Shown in pieces: positions 37,282 to 48,953 of a stretch of 64,000 bases of DNA (position 1 is the stretch's first letter; every line of letters begins with the position of its first letter). A model generated the notes under the pieces. The model was not told the origin of the DNA, searched no databases, and saw nothing but the letters and a program-made list of their open reading frames with translations. Source of the stretch: Macrostomum lignano (Eukaryota); contig NIVC01003792.1 in NCBI GenBank assembly GCA_002269645.1, positions 1 through 64,000 on the forward strand, written 5' to 3'. The position numbers were made by a program, and so were the translations under genes.

Positions 37282-40113
37282 TCAGTTCAGAACAAAGCGC
37301 TCTTTCAGCATGGCCTTCGGCTTGTGCCGCTTCTCATTGTAGGCCCGGTAGCGCTCCTCTTCGTTCAGCTGCCGCTGTCGTTTCACCTCATTTTCCATAC
37401 GGCGAACCCGCGTCTGCCTCTTGATGGCGTCTAGCGGCACCCGGGTGTAGCGCAAGCTGAACGACACGTCCTCTTCCAGCACCGGCACGTTTGCCACCGG
37501 CGACGGGAACCGGTAGGTGCACCGATTGGCGCTCGAGTCCAACGCTTTTTTGGCCGCTTCGGAGTCCATCGCTTTCACCAGCTTCTTGTTCTTCTCCGGG
37601 TAATAATCCACGGGCAGGTAGCTGATGCCCCGGCTTGTAAGGTCCGTTTTGAACTGCTTCTCCACGGCGTACTTTTGCTTGCGGAGCTCGAACATGTCGC
37701 AGAGTCGATCAGGCGTGCTGTACAGCCATATGAAGTTTTGCCGGAAAACAAGGTCTTCTGGCTTGTAGTAGAACTCCTTGGGTGTGCGCAGCGCCAGGAA
37801 GCTTAAGCCTTTGCGCGTGGCTTCGCACACCAGCGCCAGGCTCTCTACAAGCACACCTGGGATCACTTCACGAATTGTGCGGCTGTTCCAGTTAACGTTC
37901 TCCGTGATGATAGATGGGTTTACTTCCAGCAGCCAAGGCCTGCCACCTTCATCGATACAGATATCCAACGAGAAGACTTGGTAGCAGTTAGCCTTTTCCT
38001 TGATCTGGTCCAGTACGCTGCAACAAATGTTGGACACCATTGAGCGCATGGTGCGAAGGAATGCTTCATTTGTGCTAAAGTGCGTCCATGGGTCTTGACC
38101 TGGCGGCACGTCTGCAGGGTCAAAATCGGCAGCAGGTGCAGCCCCTGTGGCACCGGCAGTCCCAGCAGCACCACTCTCCGAGACAGTCGCACCCGCTGAA
38201 CTAGTTCCAGGGGCCGCGGCAGCACCAGATGTAGAAGCAGGGCTGTTGGCTCCTACACTTGGTGATGCGGAACCACTTGGCTGCACAGTACTAGTCGAAG
38301 TCGCCTGAGCAGTAGCATCTAGATTTTGAGCAGTCTTGTCCTTCTTTTGAGGTTTTGGGTTGAGCTCTGGCGCCTTAGTTGCCATCATGATGAGTGGTAG
38401 ATTTTGCTTGTTGCCCTTCAGGCAGCCGTGACGCACAGCAAAGTTGTACTCTTCGCACTCGTCATTGTCAAACTCGCCAGCATAAAAACCAACTCGATTA
38501 ATTGGCTCCAATGGATCCAGTTCGACCGATGGCTTCCTGTTTTTCTTTTTCTTGGCGTTGTTCTGCGTCTGAAGCACGTCCTCAGAGGTGTTGTCACCCG
38601 ATGTAGTCGTCGCATTGTTAGCACTGGCCGGTGGCTGGGTGGCTGGATCGATTTTGGGTCCGAAAGTGCGCCAAACTCGAGTACCTGCTAGGTGCTGTCG
38701 AGCTCTGAATTTCTCATTCTTCTGCATTTCCTTGTACGGATCGGGGACTTTTCTGACAAAGCCCGGATGCAGAAATCCCAGGACGCGCTTAAACCGAGTA
38801 ACGATTATCAGCAGGAACATTCGAATATCAAACTTCTGACCGGTGTTGGTGAGCATAGGATTTTTTATGTACCTCTGCACGACGAAATTTTGTCCCCACA
38901 TAAATCGGTTGGAAGTCTTCACCTTAAGGAAGGTGCGAAGTTGCTCCGCAGAGGAAAGAATTCGAACGCCACGTCCGCTGCGCATGTACGACGGCTTCAC
39001 AATCCAGTGGGCGTCGGGAGCTGTCCTAGATACATCTTCTATGAACACGTTCTGCTGAAGTGACGACGAAAACACCTTTGTCTCGGGCACAAAAATTTTG
39101 CTCACGAAACACGGGCACATGCTGCCGTCGTGCAGTTTGTCGATTCCGAGCTCGTTTCGTGCCTCCTTTGACATGGTTTCGAAGCAGCCAGGCTCTGTAC
39201 AAGGCTCCATGTTGTGTCGAGCGTACTGGTGCGGACACAGCATCTGACACGGAATTCGTTTCCGGGTATGAGGACAGAGATGCTCCTTGAACTGTATACC
39301 CTTGTGCAGAGTGTTGCTTTGCAAGGTGAAAGCGAGGCTTTGCTTATCCTTTAAATAGATGTCCAACGGCAAACGGTTGACAAAATGGTGCTCCGGTCGC
39401 AGAGTGGGTAGCACCTCGGTGGCCTTGCGCTTGCCCAGCCAGCAGAAAACACGCTCACCCCCGTCCGTCGGCAGATTCTTGATCTTCTCCATTTTCATAA
39501 AGTCGCAGAAGGCGGTAAAAAGCAGATCAAGGCAGCCCACTCCGTTGTTTTCTGTCTCGATGAAAAACTTTGTATTGTTGCAAAGCAGCTGGGGATAGCT
39601 TTCCTGATACAGGCGATTGTACATAGCCAGATGCTCGCCGAATCTGTACAGCTGTGTGCTGATAGAAAATGCTTTGCGTTCTTCAACCTTTGGCAACTCA
39701 GGCTCACCCTTGCCCTTCTTCTTTTTCTTCTTAGCGTTGCTCTTGTTTTCAATGTCATCGTTGGATGCATTTGTACTGTGCGAGGCCGGCAGCACCTCAG
39801 GAATAACTGCAGCTGTAGTTGCGGGCAGGCTCGTCTCAGCCACCACCACAGTCTCCGCAGCTTCTGGCGCCGTATTCGGCTCCACTACTCGTGGCACTTG
39901 CGAGTTGCTCTGGCTGTTTTGGTGAAAGGAGGACTCCGTGGACATTGGCTTAGCCTTCTTAAGCGACTGTTGGTCCATAGCGAACACATTCTTTATATCT
40001 TCTGTGGTAGCTGTCCCATCGCAATACTCGGAGTAGTTTGCTCGAAGCACTGCCGCATCGGCGCTGTTCGCTTTCTTTTTTAGAGGCATCTGCACGGGCG
40101 CGGCCTCTTGCAT
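37282..40113 (-). CDS. Tubulin-tyrosine-ligase-like (TTLL) ATP-grasp protein, 943 aa, single exon
   Basis: WIVKPSYMRSGRGVRI, FVVQRYIKNPML..KFDIRMFLL and YQVFSLDICIDEGGRPWLLEVNPS are TTL-family motifs; subfamily not assigned. Confidence 0.88.
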   Translation of the reverse strand: MQEAAPVQMPLKKKANSADAAVLRANYSEYCDGTATTEDIKNVFAMDQQSLKKAKPMSTESSFHQNSQSNSQVPRVVEPNTAPEAAETVVVAETSLPATTAAVIPEVLPASHSTNASNDDIENKSNAKKKKKKGKGEPELPKVEERKAFSISTQLYRFGEHLAMYNRLYQESYPQLLCNNTKFFIETENNGVGCLDLLFTAFCDFMKMEKIKNLPTDGGERVFCWLGKRKATEVLPTLRPEHHFVNRLPLDIYLKDKQSLAFTLQSNTLHKGIQFKEHLCPHTRKRIPCQMLCPHQYARHNMEPCTEPGCFETMSKEARNELGIDKLHDGSMCPCFVSKIFVPETKVFSSSLQQNVFIEDVSRTAPDAHWIVKPSYMRSGRGVRILSSAEQLRTFLKVKTSNRFMWGQNFVVQRYIKNPMLTNTGQKFDIRMFLLIIVTRFKRVLGFLHPGFVRKVPDPYKEMQKNEKFRARQHLAGTRVWRTFGPKIDPATQPPASANNATTTSGDNTSEDVLQTQNNAKKKKNRKPSVELDPLEPINRVGFYAGEFDNDECEEYNFAVRHGCLKGNKQNLPLIMMATKAPELNPKPQKKDKTAQNLDATAQATSTSTVQPSGSASPSVGANSPASTSGAAAAPGTSSAGATVSESGAAGTAGATGAAPAADFDPADVPPGQDPWTHFSTNEAFLRTMRSMVSNICCSVLDQIKEKANCYQVFSLDICIDEGGRPWLLEVNPSIITENVNWNSRTIREVIPGVLVESLALVCEATRKGLSFLALRTPKEFYYKPEDLVFRQNFIWLYSTPDRLCDMFELRKQKYAVEKQFKTDLTSRGISYLPVDYYPEKNKKLVKAMDSEAAKKALDSSANRCTYRFPSPVANVPVLEEDVSFSLRYTRVPLDAIKRQTRVRRMENEVKRQRQLNEEERYRAYNEKRHKPKAMLKERFVLN

Positions 40114-40759
40114 CGTGTCGCGTTGTTTACAAAATTATTCCGACACGAAAAGCTGCTCAACTTTCTATTGTAAATTGCGGGGAGCTTAGGCTCTGCTTGG
40201 CTTAACTTGACTTCTGCAAGGTACAGAAATGCGTCTCACTATAGAGATGCTTAAACTTTCGGCCACAGACGACTAGGACTGAAAGTAGGCGTAGGCTCGG
40301 GTTCGATTATCGCTCAAAATAGTCTATGGCATGGACTATTGTACGCAGTCGCTGCTATTTGAAGGATACATCCATCCACTAAACTAAAAATGAGTTGTCT
40401 TTAGAATAACCAGATATGCAACTCGCCAATATGCGCTCAACAACTTGTTTTGTGGTTGTGTAGTTTACATTTTTATTTGGTCATACGAGCGTATTAAAAA
40501 AGAAAAAACATTCTGATAACTTGAATTCAAAAAATAGGCATCGTATATATGCGATCGCGTATTCATGTAGATTACATCTAGATGCAAAATAGAACAAAAT
40601 GAAATGAGTTCACATACTGTTCAAAAAATGTGCGTGATGCGTTTAAGATTTAATTTTAATGACCGACGCACAAAGCAAACTGTTTGTGCTACACTACCGT
40701 TCAAAAACTACTGTATAGGTGAAATTCCACGTCTCGGTGTAAAATCCAATCTGCAGGAG

Positions 40760-41338
40760 TCACAGGACCTCGCAGTGAAAAGCTGGTTTTATTGGCTTTT
40801 TTGGAACCAACACAGCACGAATAGCCTCGTCAAACACGCTCTTCAGCCCTTTCTGAGTCAGGGCTGAACACTCAAGGTACTTCGCAGCGTTAATCTCCTT
40901 GGCCATTGTCATACCCTGCAGGTGGGTGATGGGGGCCAGCTTCTTTGCTTTTAGCTCTTTAATTGTCTCCTTGTCGTCGCGCAGGTCCATTTTTGTGCCA
41001 ACCAGCACGATTGGAGCGTTTGGACAGTGATGGCTCACCTCCGGGTACCACTTGGATCGAACGTTCTCAAAGCTTGTCGGACTGACGAGGGAAAAGCAGA
41101 TGATAAACACGTCAGTCTCGGGGTAACTGAGCGGTCGGAGTCGGTCGTAGTCCTCCTGGCCGGCTGTGTCCCACAGGCCCAGGTTAATAGGCCGGTCATT
41201 GGCCACCACGACGGCTGAGTAGTGATCGAACACTGTCGGCACATAGGTGCTGGGAAAGGCGTTCTCAACGTAAGAGATGAGCAGACAGGTCTTGCCAACT
41301 GTTCCGTCGCCAACAAAGACGCACTTTACCGACTGCAT
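40760..41338 (-). CDS. RAC: Rac-type Rho GTPase paralogue 1 (192 aa, divergent switch I, CAAX CEVL)
   Basis: [36 protein letters not shown]; intronless; ATG at 41338. Confidence 0.95.
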   Translation of the reverse strand: MQSVKCVFVGDGTVGKTCLLISYVENAFPSTYVPTVFDHYSAVVVANDRPINLGLWDTAGQEDYDRLRPLSYPETDVFIICFSLVSPTSFENVRSKWYPEVSHHCPNAPIVLVGTKMDLRDDKETIKELKAKKLAPITHLQGMTMAKEINAAKYLECSALTQKGLKSVFDEAIRAVLVPKKPIKPAFHCEVL

Positions 41339-41344
41339 TCTTAG

Positions 41345-41385
41345 GATACTGTGAGATACTGTGAGATACTGTGAGATACTGTGAG
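41345..41385. repeat. 10-bp repeat (GATACTGTGA)x4 just upstream of the Rac paralogue 1 ATG
   Basis: Direct reading. Confidence 0.9.
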
Positions 41386-42408
41386 AATGAAATTTCCGAA
41401 ATTCTGTCTCTCGCAAGCCGTGTCAGCGTCACGCGTTTTATAATATTTGTGGCTTTCGAAATCGCTTATTTTTAGACTATGCCTCACTCAAACGATAGAG
41501 AAATAACACAGTAAGCTCGTACCTTCTCTGCCCAGTCGCCCTCTCCTCTTCATGCCCTCTCTTATTTTTCATGCTTGCTACAAGCTATTAATAGTCAGCT
41601 ACTGCGTAATTAGTAAGCATGCAAATTCTTTCCATAGCATCCTTGGATATGGAAGTGACAGAAACATTGCCACCTACACGAATCTCAACTGCTGCACCGG
41701 AAAGCAAATAATTAGTTGAATTTGGGGTTCAACTTTTTCTTAGATTCAATGTATCGATTCAATCTAGCAAATTGAAACTGAAAAACAACTTTACGGTTTC
41801 TTAATGGTACGAATTGATTAGAAACGCTGTGACACCCTGCCATGCATATTAAAATGTTTAGAAATACAGAAAAATCTGTCTATTCTCAAGCACATTCATT
41901 CGCTAAGGAGGGCAAGGCAAGCAGCATGCATCAACCTTCCCTCTCGAAAGGGTGAAGCTGCATAAACTCTCCACTTGGCCAGCGCTCGCAACCTTCTACT
42001 CATTTCAGAGCCCGATGCGATGCCCAGAGCAAAAGAGACGATGCCTTTGATGCCATCATCGCCTTCTCTTCTCTGCTGGTATGACTGACTAGCACGCAGC
42101 CTGAAAAAAATTGCAGTGTGCACAGAGCGTGCTTTTGTGCGCGCGCCCCACCCCAACGCCCCCTTGCCTAGCAGTTATCCCGACCCGCAAGTTTTGTCTG
42201 TGCAGACTAGCAATAGTCAGATCTATTTTTGCCAAGTCTACACAGAAACTGGAACTCAGCTATCTATCTACTTGTTTCTTTCATTCCTTTTTGCATATCG
42301 AAGCCTATCTCAGACATAAAAGAAAATTCTTACCAGGCGCAGAAATAGAATTTAGTTAGAAGATACGCTGTAAGCCAGCTCCTCTCTGTTTTAGACCTTC
42401 TGAGCGCG

Positions 42409-42996
42409 ATGCAGGCCATCAAGTGTGTTGTGGTTGGAGATGGAGCTGTTGGAAAAACCTGCCTCCTCATCTCCTACACGACCAACGCCTTTCCTAACGA
42501 GTACATCCCGACCGTGTTCGATAACTACTCGGCGAATATCATGGTGGACAGCAAGCCCATCAACCTGGGCCTGTGGGACACGGCTGGCCAGGAGGACTAT
42601 GACCGGCTGAGGCCGCTGAGCTACCCGCAAACTGACGTGTTTCTGGTCTGCTTCTCCCTCATCAGCCCGGCCAGCTATGAGAACGTGCGGGCCAAGTGGT
42701 ACCCGGAGGTGAGACACCACTGTCCCAGCGCTCCGGTCGTGCTGGTCGGCACCAAACTGGACCTGCGCGACGATCCAGAAACGATTGAAAAGCTAAAGGA
42801 AAAGAACCAGGCCCCCATCACCCACCTGCAAGGCATGTCGATGGCTAAGGAGATCGGTGCGGAGAAGTACCTGGAATGCTCAGCCCTGACTCAGAAGGGA
42901 CTGAAGAACGTGTTCGACGAGTCAATTCGAGCCGTGCTGCGGCCTCCCAAGCCCACACAGAGAGGACGAATTGGTGGGAAATGCAAAATTTTGTAG
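42409..42996 (+). CDS. RAC: Rac1-like GTPase paralogue 2 (195 aa, CAAX CKIL)
   Basis: Near-canonical Rac1 sequence [17 protein letters not shown]..; intronless. Confidence 0.97.
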   Translation: MQAIKCVVVGDGAVGKTCLLISYTTNAFPNEYIPTVFDNYSANIMVDSKPINLGLWDTAGQEDYDRLRPLSYPQTDVFLVCFSLISPASYENVRAKWYPEVRHHCPSAPVVLVGTKLDLRDDPETIEKLKEKNQAPITHLQGMSMAKEIGAEKYLECSALTQKGLKNVFDESIRAVLRPPKPTQRGRIGGKCKIL

Positions 42997-43879
42997 TCAA
43001 AGCAGATTTTGGCTTTGACTTCACACACCGAGTTGCACGAAATTATATTCAAGATCAGCGCAGTTTTCTATAAGTAATAATAAATACTGCTTCTAACCTC
43101 AGTTTGTTTATGCAAATTAATTCGCGGATCTAAATCAATGCTTTCTAGACGATATTTTTAAGAAGAAGCAACATTAAAGGATGTTAGTTTCGGAGAACAA
43201 AGTTTTGCTCCCTTTCTCGCTTCCAAACAGAAGATTAATCTAAGATGAAAAATGTTTGATACTGCATGTTAATTTTCATATTTTATCCAGTCTTTGTTGT
43301 TTTAATCAAGTGGGCCCAAGCTGATCGAAAAAATTTTCTATTTTTGTTGGCTCAAACATACAGATATTTCAGCTGCGTACGGCTTTAATGCTGCCTTTTA
43401 TCCTAGAAATAATATTCTATATGTTTATGCTGCATTATGCAAATTTATGGTCGACATTAAGAGGCCTAGCCTCTATTTCTATTCTCTAGAAGACCACAGA
43501 AATTGAAGCCAAAATATAGCGGTGTAGAATCTAACAATATGTACAGACTTTTTCTTCATCGTTTAAAAAACGACATTGTAAACAATGTTCAAAAATGCTA
43601 TAAATTGATTTTCTACTGTTCTAAAAAGTTATTTTATGGCTATTTTTACTCTTAATTTTTTAGTGCACCCGCTGTGTTTGTATAATATTTACTTAGTTTT
43701 CTGAAAAATATTGTTCAAACAAATCAATTCAATTTTTATGGTGAATCATTTTAATCATCAAGGAATTTTCGACAATAAACAATATAAACTACCTACGTGT
43801 ATAAATTCTTCGATCTTTTAAGTTTGTTTATCATCCTTAGACAACAATATTTGTCTTTAGACTTCTCTTGAGTTTCAAA

Positions 43880-44470
43880 TTTCTGGGCCTGCAAACGTCG
43901 GGTAGAACCGAGTTCGTCCCGAGGTGAGTGATCGAGCCTGGCCCTGTTGGAAAACCGGGCAGTGGCAGATAAAGTGCTCAGCGTTTTCACTGTCTGAGCG
44001 ACAAAAGGGGTATCGCTCCTCCGGTACCTGGCCCTGAGATGGCGAGGGTAGCAGCCATGCCCGGAGAGGGCTATGCTAACCGCTCCCTGCTCCCTGCTAA
44101 AAGATCCCTGCGGTTGAGCCGAAGAAGGGTCTATATGCATTAAGGGGAGGGGCAGGGGCGGCAGCATGGGATTGCCTGCAGTTCCGAGTGTCGTGCCATC
44201 TGGGGAGACGCTCGGAGTCAGCCCAGCGACTAACTCGGTCAGAGATTGGGGCACCTGGGCCCCGCCGGCGGAGCAAACCTTGGCCAGCAGGTCAGCGCAC
44301 TTGTTGCCGAGGAAACCAGCGTGGCCCGGAATCCATTCGAGCTCCGCCCAGCTGGGTGTTGCAGTCCAGGATAGATTTGTAGCTGGCGGTGCTACGTACG
44401 GCAGAGAGCCCGAAGGGCTGCCTGGCTGTCGGAGTGAACAGACACTCAGAAAAGACTTCGGTTCAGGCAC
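43880..44470 (-). mobile_element. Degraded 3' fragment (RNase H and CCHC region) of a LINE related to 50035-55618
   Basis: WIPGHAGFLGNKCADLLAK and ALSGHGCYPRH parallel [19 protein letters not shown] and [11 protein letters not shown] of the long element; frameshifted. Confidence 0.8.
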
Positions 44471-45141
44471 ATGCTTGCTACTGAAACATTAAGTATATGA
44501 CGTCTTAGTCGAACAAGGACCAGTGCATGCATACAATTATGCTTCAACAAGATTAACCAATGACAAAAATAGGAAATTAGACAACTTTTGGCCTTCAACT
44601 TGGATAATTGTGCCGTACAAGCTCCAATTTTAGTTAGCAATAGAAAAAATAGCACAAAAACAGAACGATAATTAAATTTCAGTTATATCGCGCGTGTGCA
44701 TCAGTGCTGCGTGCTTTGATTTGCAAAGTAAGAGATTCATGCATCTTCCTTATCATGGATATGCTTAAACTTAAATGAATACCACGAAGGCCAGAATAGA
44801 ACTAGGCTGTCTCCGAAAATATCTGTCAACGAGCAGCAGCTCGATCCACAACCGCTGCACACCAAGACTAGAGCAGCTATCTTAAACGTTGACGATTAAT
44901 TCATAATTCTAAAGGCTTAAAAAGGCATAGCCATACAGCGAACTGCTTATAAACTACCGGCAGTGAAATTTGGCGCGTGCGAGGCACCAAGAAAGCCAGC
45001 CAGGCTTATCTAAACACATAAATAAGGAATCACTGTATCTTCCGTCGTGCATGAATTTCAGGGTAGGCAATTTCACAGAAAGTCATAAGCAGCCATTTCA
45101 GTAGTTCAGCTCAGCTTACCTACTGAAAGATTTGACTGAAC

Positions 45142-45723
45142 ATGCAAACGATCAAGTGCGTTGTGGTTGGCGATGGAGCAGTCGGAAAAACATGTCTGCT
45201 CATCTCCTATACTACCAACGCGTTTCCTAACGAGTACATCCCGACCGTGTTCGACAATTACTCCGCCAATGTGATGGTGGACGGCAAGCCCATCAACCTG
45301 GGCCTGTGGGACACGGCTGGCCAGGAGGACTATGACCGGCTGAGGCCGCTGAGCTACCCTCAAACCAACGTGTTCCTTGTCTGCTTCTCCCTCATCAGCC
45401 CAACTAGTTACGAAAATGTTCGATCGAAGTGGTACCCGGAGGTAAGTCACCACTGTCCCAACACTCCGATCGTGCTGGTCGGCACCAAACTGGACCTGCG
45501 AGACGATCCAGAAACTGTTGAAAAGTTGAAGGCCAGGTATCTGGCCCCCATCACGCACCTGCAAGGAATGACAATGGCAAAGGAAATCAACGCAGTGAAG
45601 TACCTGGAGTGCTCAGCTCTGACTCAGAAGGGGCTGAAGACTGTGTTCGATGAAGCTATACAAGCTGTAATGTGCCCGAAGCCGAAGAGCAGCAAGAAGG
45701 GACTCAGCTGCAAACTGCTTTAG
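45142..45723 (+). CDS. RAC: Rac1-like GTPase paralogue 3 (193 aa, CAAX CKLL)
   Basis: All G motifs and the Rho insert are intact; intronless. Confidence 0.97.
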   Translation: MQTIKCVVVGDGAVGKTCLLISYTTNAFPNEYIPTVFDNYSANVMVDGKPINLGLWDTAGQEDYDRLRPLSYPQTNVFLVCFSLISPTSYENVRSKWYPEVSHHCPNTPIVLVGTKLDLRDDPETVEKLKARYLAPITHLQGMTMAKEINAVKYLECSALTQKGLKTVFDEAIQAVMCPKPKSSKKGLSCKLL

Positions 45724-46509
45724 ACGGCAGAGTGTGCGATCAAATCAAATCTGTTGTGCAGATTTTTCTACTTAGATATGAATTGAGCTTCAGGCCTAAA
45801 AAACGATAGCTTTTTCTTGGCTAAACAGTGATTTTTATTGTCGGCAATTGTGATTAAAGTTGTTATATCGATTTTGAAACGTAAGTAACATACCCCCCTC
45901 GTGTCTTGTTTTCTAATGCGAATATGCGTGTTGTCAATGTTTAGTACTTATAATAAATAAACAGTCTCTTGCTTATTCAGATTTTTCACATTGAATTTGC
46001 TGAACACTTCTAATTACTGATTAATGACTACGAGTATCTCAAAATATTATTCATCTCGTTGGATTAGCCTCGTGTGTTAATGAACAATATGTGCTGAATA
46101 TATAATGTCACTGCTTGTTATTTCGAGTTTGTAAAGTACGAAGTATTTCTACATAAATATACTCATTTACTTGATTACAAACAGAAAAATGAAGACGTTA
46201 AAAACAGTTATTATCAACGCCGTTTCGGCCGTAATTTTTAACGGAGAGCTTTTCCCATCATCTACACGCTCCATTTTCCATTACCGGTACTTGTGGCGGT
46301 TGTTTATATAGCCGCAAAAGTTTTATACAATTTTTTAAACAGTCACTCATGCCTCCTTGTATACGAGCTAGTTCTCGCCAAGCCAGATCCACCTCAAAAT
46401 TTTGGAGCGTAGGAACGAGGTGGGTGCGATTTAACAAAAGCACGCAATCGAGACTCAATCAATCAAGACATCTCAGTAATCGCGTAAGCCTTGCATAGGG
46501 ATGCATGTA

Positions 46510-46664
46510 CACTCAGCAACAGTCCTTGAAGACATGCACAGCCCTGCCAGAGAATTGGCAGAGCGACTGACTTCAGCTCACTACACTGCAATAACGCAAG
46601 GTTTCGCAACTCTCGCTCAGGCGCACACTTGGTCTAGGGTGGCGGTTTTGACTGTTGCTGAGTG
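46510..46664. mobile_element. 155-bp MITE, Tc1/mariner-type
   Basis: Perfect 15-bp TIR CACTCAGCAACAGTC/GACTGTTGCTGAGTG flanked by TA on both sides. Confidence 0.75.
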
Positions 46665-46682
46665 TATGTGCTTTAATTAGAT

Positions 46683-47218
46683 CAGAGCTCGGCAAACTCC
46701 GGCTCACAAGACCACTCAGTCCGGCCCGCGACCCCCTCCTCACCATCTAGCAATGATAAAGTAGTAATGGTAAAGTAGCAGGTTAGCCTGTAGTCTATAC
46801 TCTATACTCATTAGGCTAGGCCAGGGCTATCACAAGTGCTGAGAAGAAGGAGAGGTGGAAGCTAAGTAGAGGGCTACGGACGGGAAAGTGGGGGGGCAGT
46901 CACAAACTAAGCTATTCGCGCTTTCAATGTACATTGACTCAACTCTGGTCATGCCGCTATTAAATGATAGCTCGTACATTGCAGTCTCAATGTACACCGC
47001 GTCGCTTTGAGACTCCTTAAAAGCTACGTGAATCTCCCCAAACTAGTATGCTTTCGTTCAGCTTATTTTATCATCTACAGGACTTTTTGAAGTATCTTAA
47101 TCTAAGTTTAAAATACAAAAATTTGTGAAAAATTAAGTTTTAACTTGCATAGTCCGGCCCGTGGCTTCTGCCTACCCCTTTATCCGACTCGGACAAGTAA
47201 AAAGTTTGCCGACCCCTA
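46683..47218. mobile_element. hAT (Charlie-like) non-autonomous element
   Basis: Ends CAGAGCTCGGCAAACT and AGTTTGCCGACCCCTA, with subterminal AGTCCGGCCCG motifs; no 8-bp TSD recognised. Confidence 0.55.
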
Positions 47219-48953
47219 GAAAATAAATGGAAAGTAAAATAGAAAAAAATAGGTAGCTACGTATGCAGCCGAGGCTTGCGTACATTTTGTGCAGTGCTGA
47301 CCTCGGGGAATGCTGAGCACAGTCGAGTGATCTGCAGTTCAGCCTAAAATCCTTAACTCGTTCACAGCGGCAGAGGGATGACGCAACACACTAATCCACC
47401 GTTATTAAAGTACTCGTGCTTTTAAACCGCATCCCACACGATTGATATTTTGCGCTTTAAGATTTTTTAATAACCCCTAAAGCAGCAAATCCTACTTGCA
47501 GGATTTTTGATACAACAGCACAAATGCGCTCGTGTTTTGGCGGTAGCATAGTCAAAGACTACTTAATAAGCGACAATTAATCGTCCTTGACCATAGCATT
47601 CTCAACAGGGGCTTTTATAGCGACAAGATCGCTGGTCGAATGAGCGCACAAGGACCACTGTACGTAGTACAATATAACAGGTTAAACAAAAAAATCGTGT
47701 AAATTTTTTGGAGGAAGGTCAATTTCCAGGAAAAATACACTGCGGAGAGAGCAAAATCATTTTTTCATCACATAATCACTGATTGCATTTGATTTGATGC
47801 AATGAAGATTACCATTCATTTAGTTAAGCATTCACAACATGTTACTCTGTTGTACTTTTATAGTTGTGCAGTGAAAGGTTCATTTTCATATTGTTTTATT
47901 TTTACTTTATAAGCTGAAGTCAAAGTTGTGTAAATACTCAGAAGTGAGGTTTTTATTTTGTTACTCTGAGTAAAGTAATATTTGGTAATTAATTTTTTTG
48001 CATCCAGGTGTTCTTCTCAGTCATTTAGTTTCATTGAGATGAAAATATTAGTAGCTATCATTTTTAGTAGGAGTATAATAGGATTAGTAGCATTACTCAA
48101 GAAACATATTGTGTATTTATCGTATCCAATATACTCAGCAACATCGAAAAGTCGCCAATCGCTATCACAGAAGATTCCGTCTGTGGTCGCCACTTTTGAG
48201 TTAAAGTCTCTCAATCTTTGCGAGTGACGCAACTCATCTACGCCGCGGCTGACTTCAGTTGAGGCATGAAGTGGGGGGAGCGGTGTGCGAGGGTTGGACG
48301 GATTAAAGCTACCCCGATCAGTTTTCTCGTATCTTTTATTTCAGAATAGTCCAAGAGAAATTGCTCGTGTAGCGACTTTTCAATGTTGCTGAGTAAATGT
48401 ACTGATTGACAGAGACAAGTGAATCCTCGCACCGTAAAGCAACCAGTTTTCAACAAAAGAAGTATAAATCGTGTATCGATTTGAATTGAGAATATAGCAA
48501 TAATGGGCTAAACATATGCACACGCAAAACATTTCAAGAAAAATTCTCAAGATTACAAGGAAGGACATTAGGGACATTAGGGATCGCAAGTTATTATTCG
48601 CAGCACATGACCACCTATTATTAGACTTGCTTCCTGTAGTGCACGCCTCCTCTATGCCTTTACGCTTTCCTCTGACTCTAGAGCTATAGCTTTCTCGACC
48701 AACGTGCACTAGCACTGGCCCCTCCAACTACTCGTATTGCGTAACACTGTAGCTGCACATCGGCAGTGAATCTTTATAACAACTCAAATATACGGTCCAC
48801 AAGACCATGTTATTTCTTAGCGCACAAGCGCCCTTCACTTCTTTTCATACGTTAAAGTTATATACGAAGTAGTTAAAATATTTACCATTAATAAAACGAA
48901 CTTCAAATCTCTAAATTTAACGACTTAACAGTTGAATGCTCAATGAGTTTATT

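Noticed and set aside
48017-48456. Minus-strand ORFs with faint GTPase-like phrases (RLFDVAEY, NPIILL)
   Set aside because: Similarity too weak to separate from chance without a profile search.
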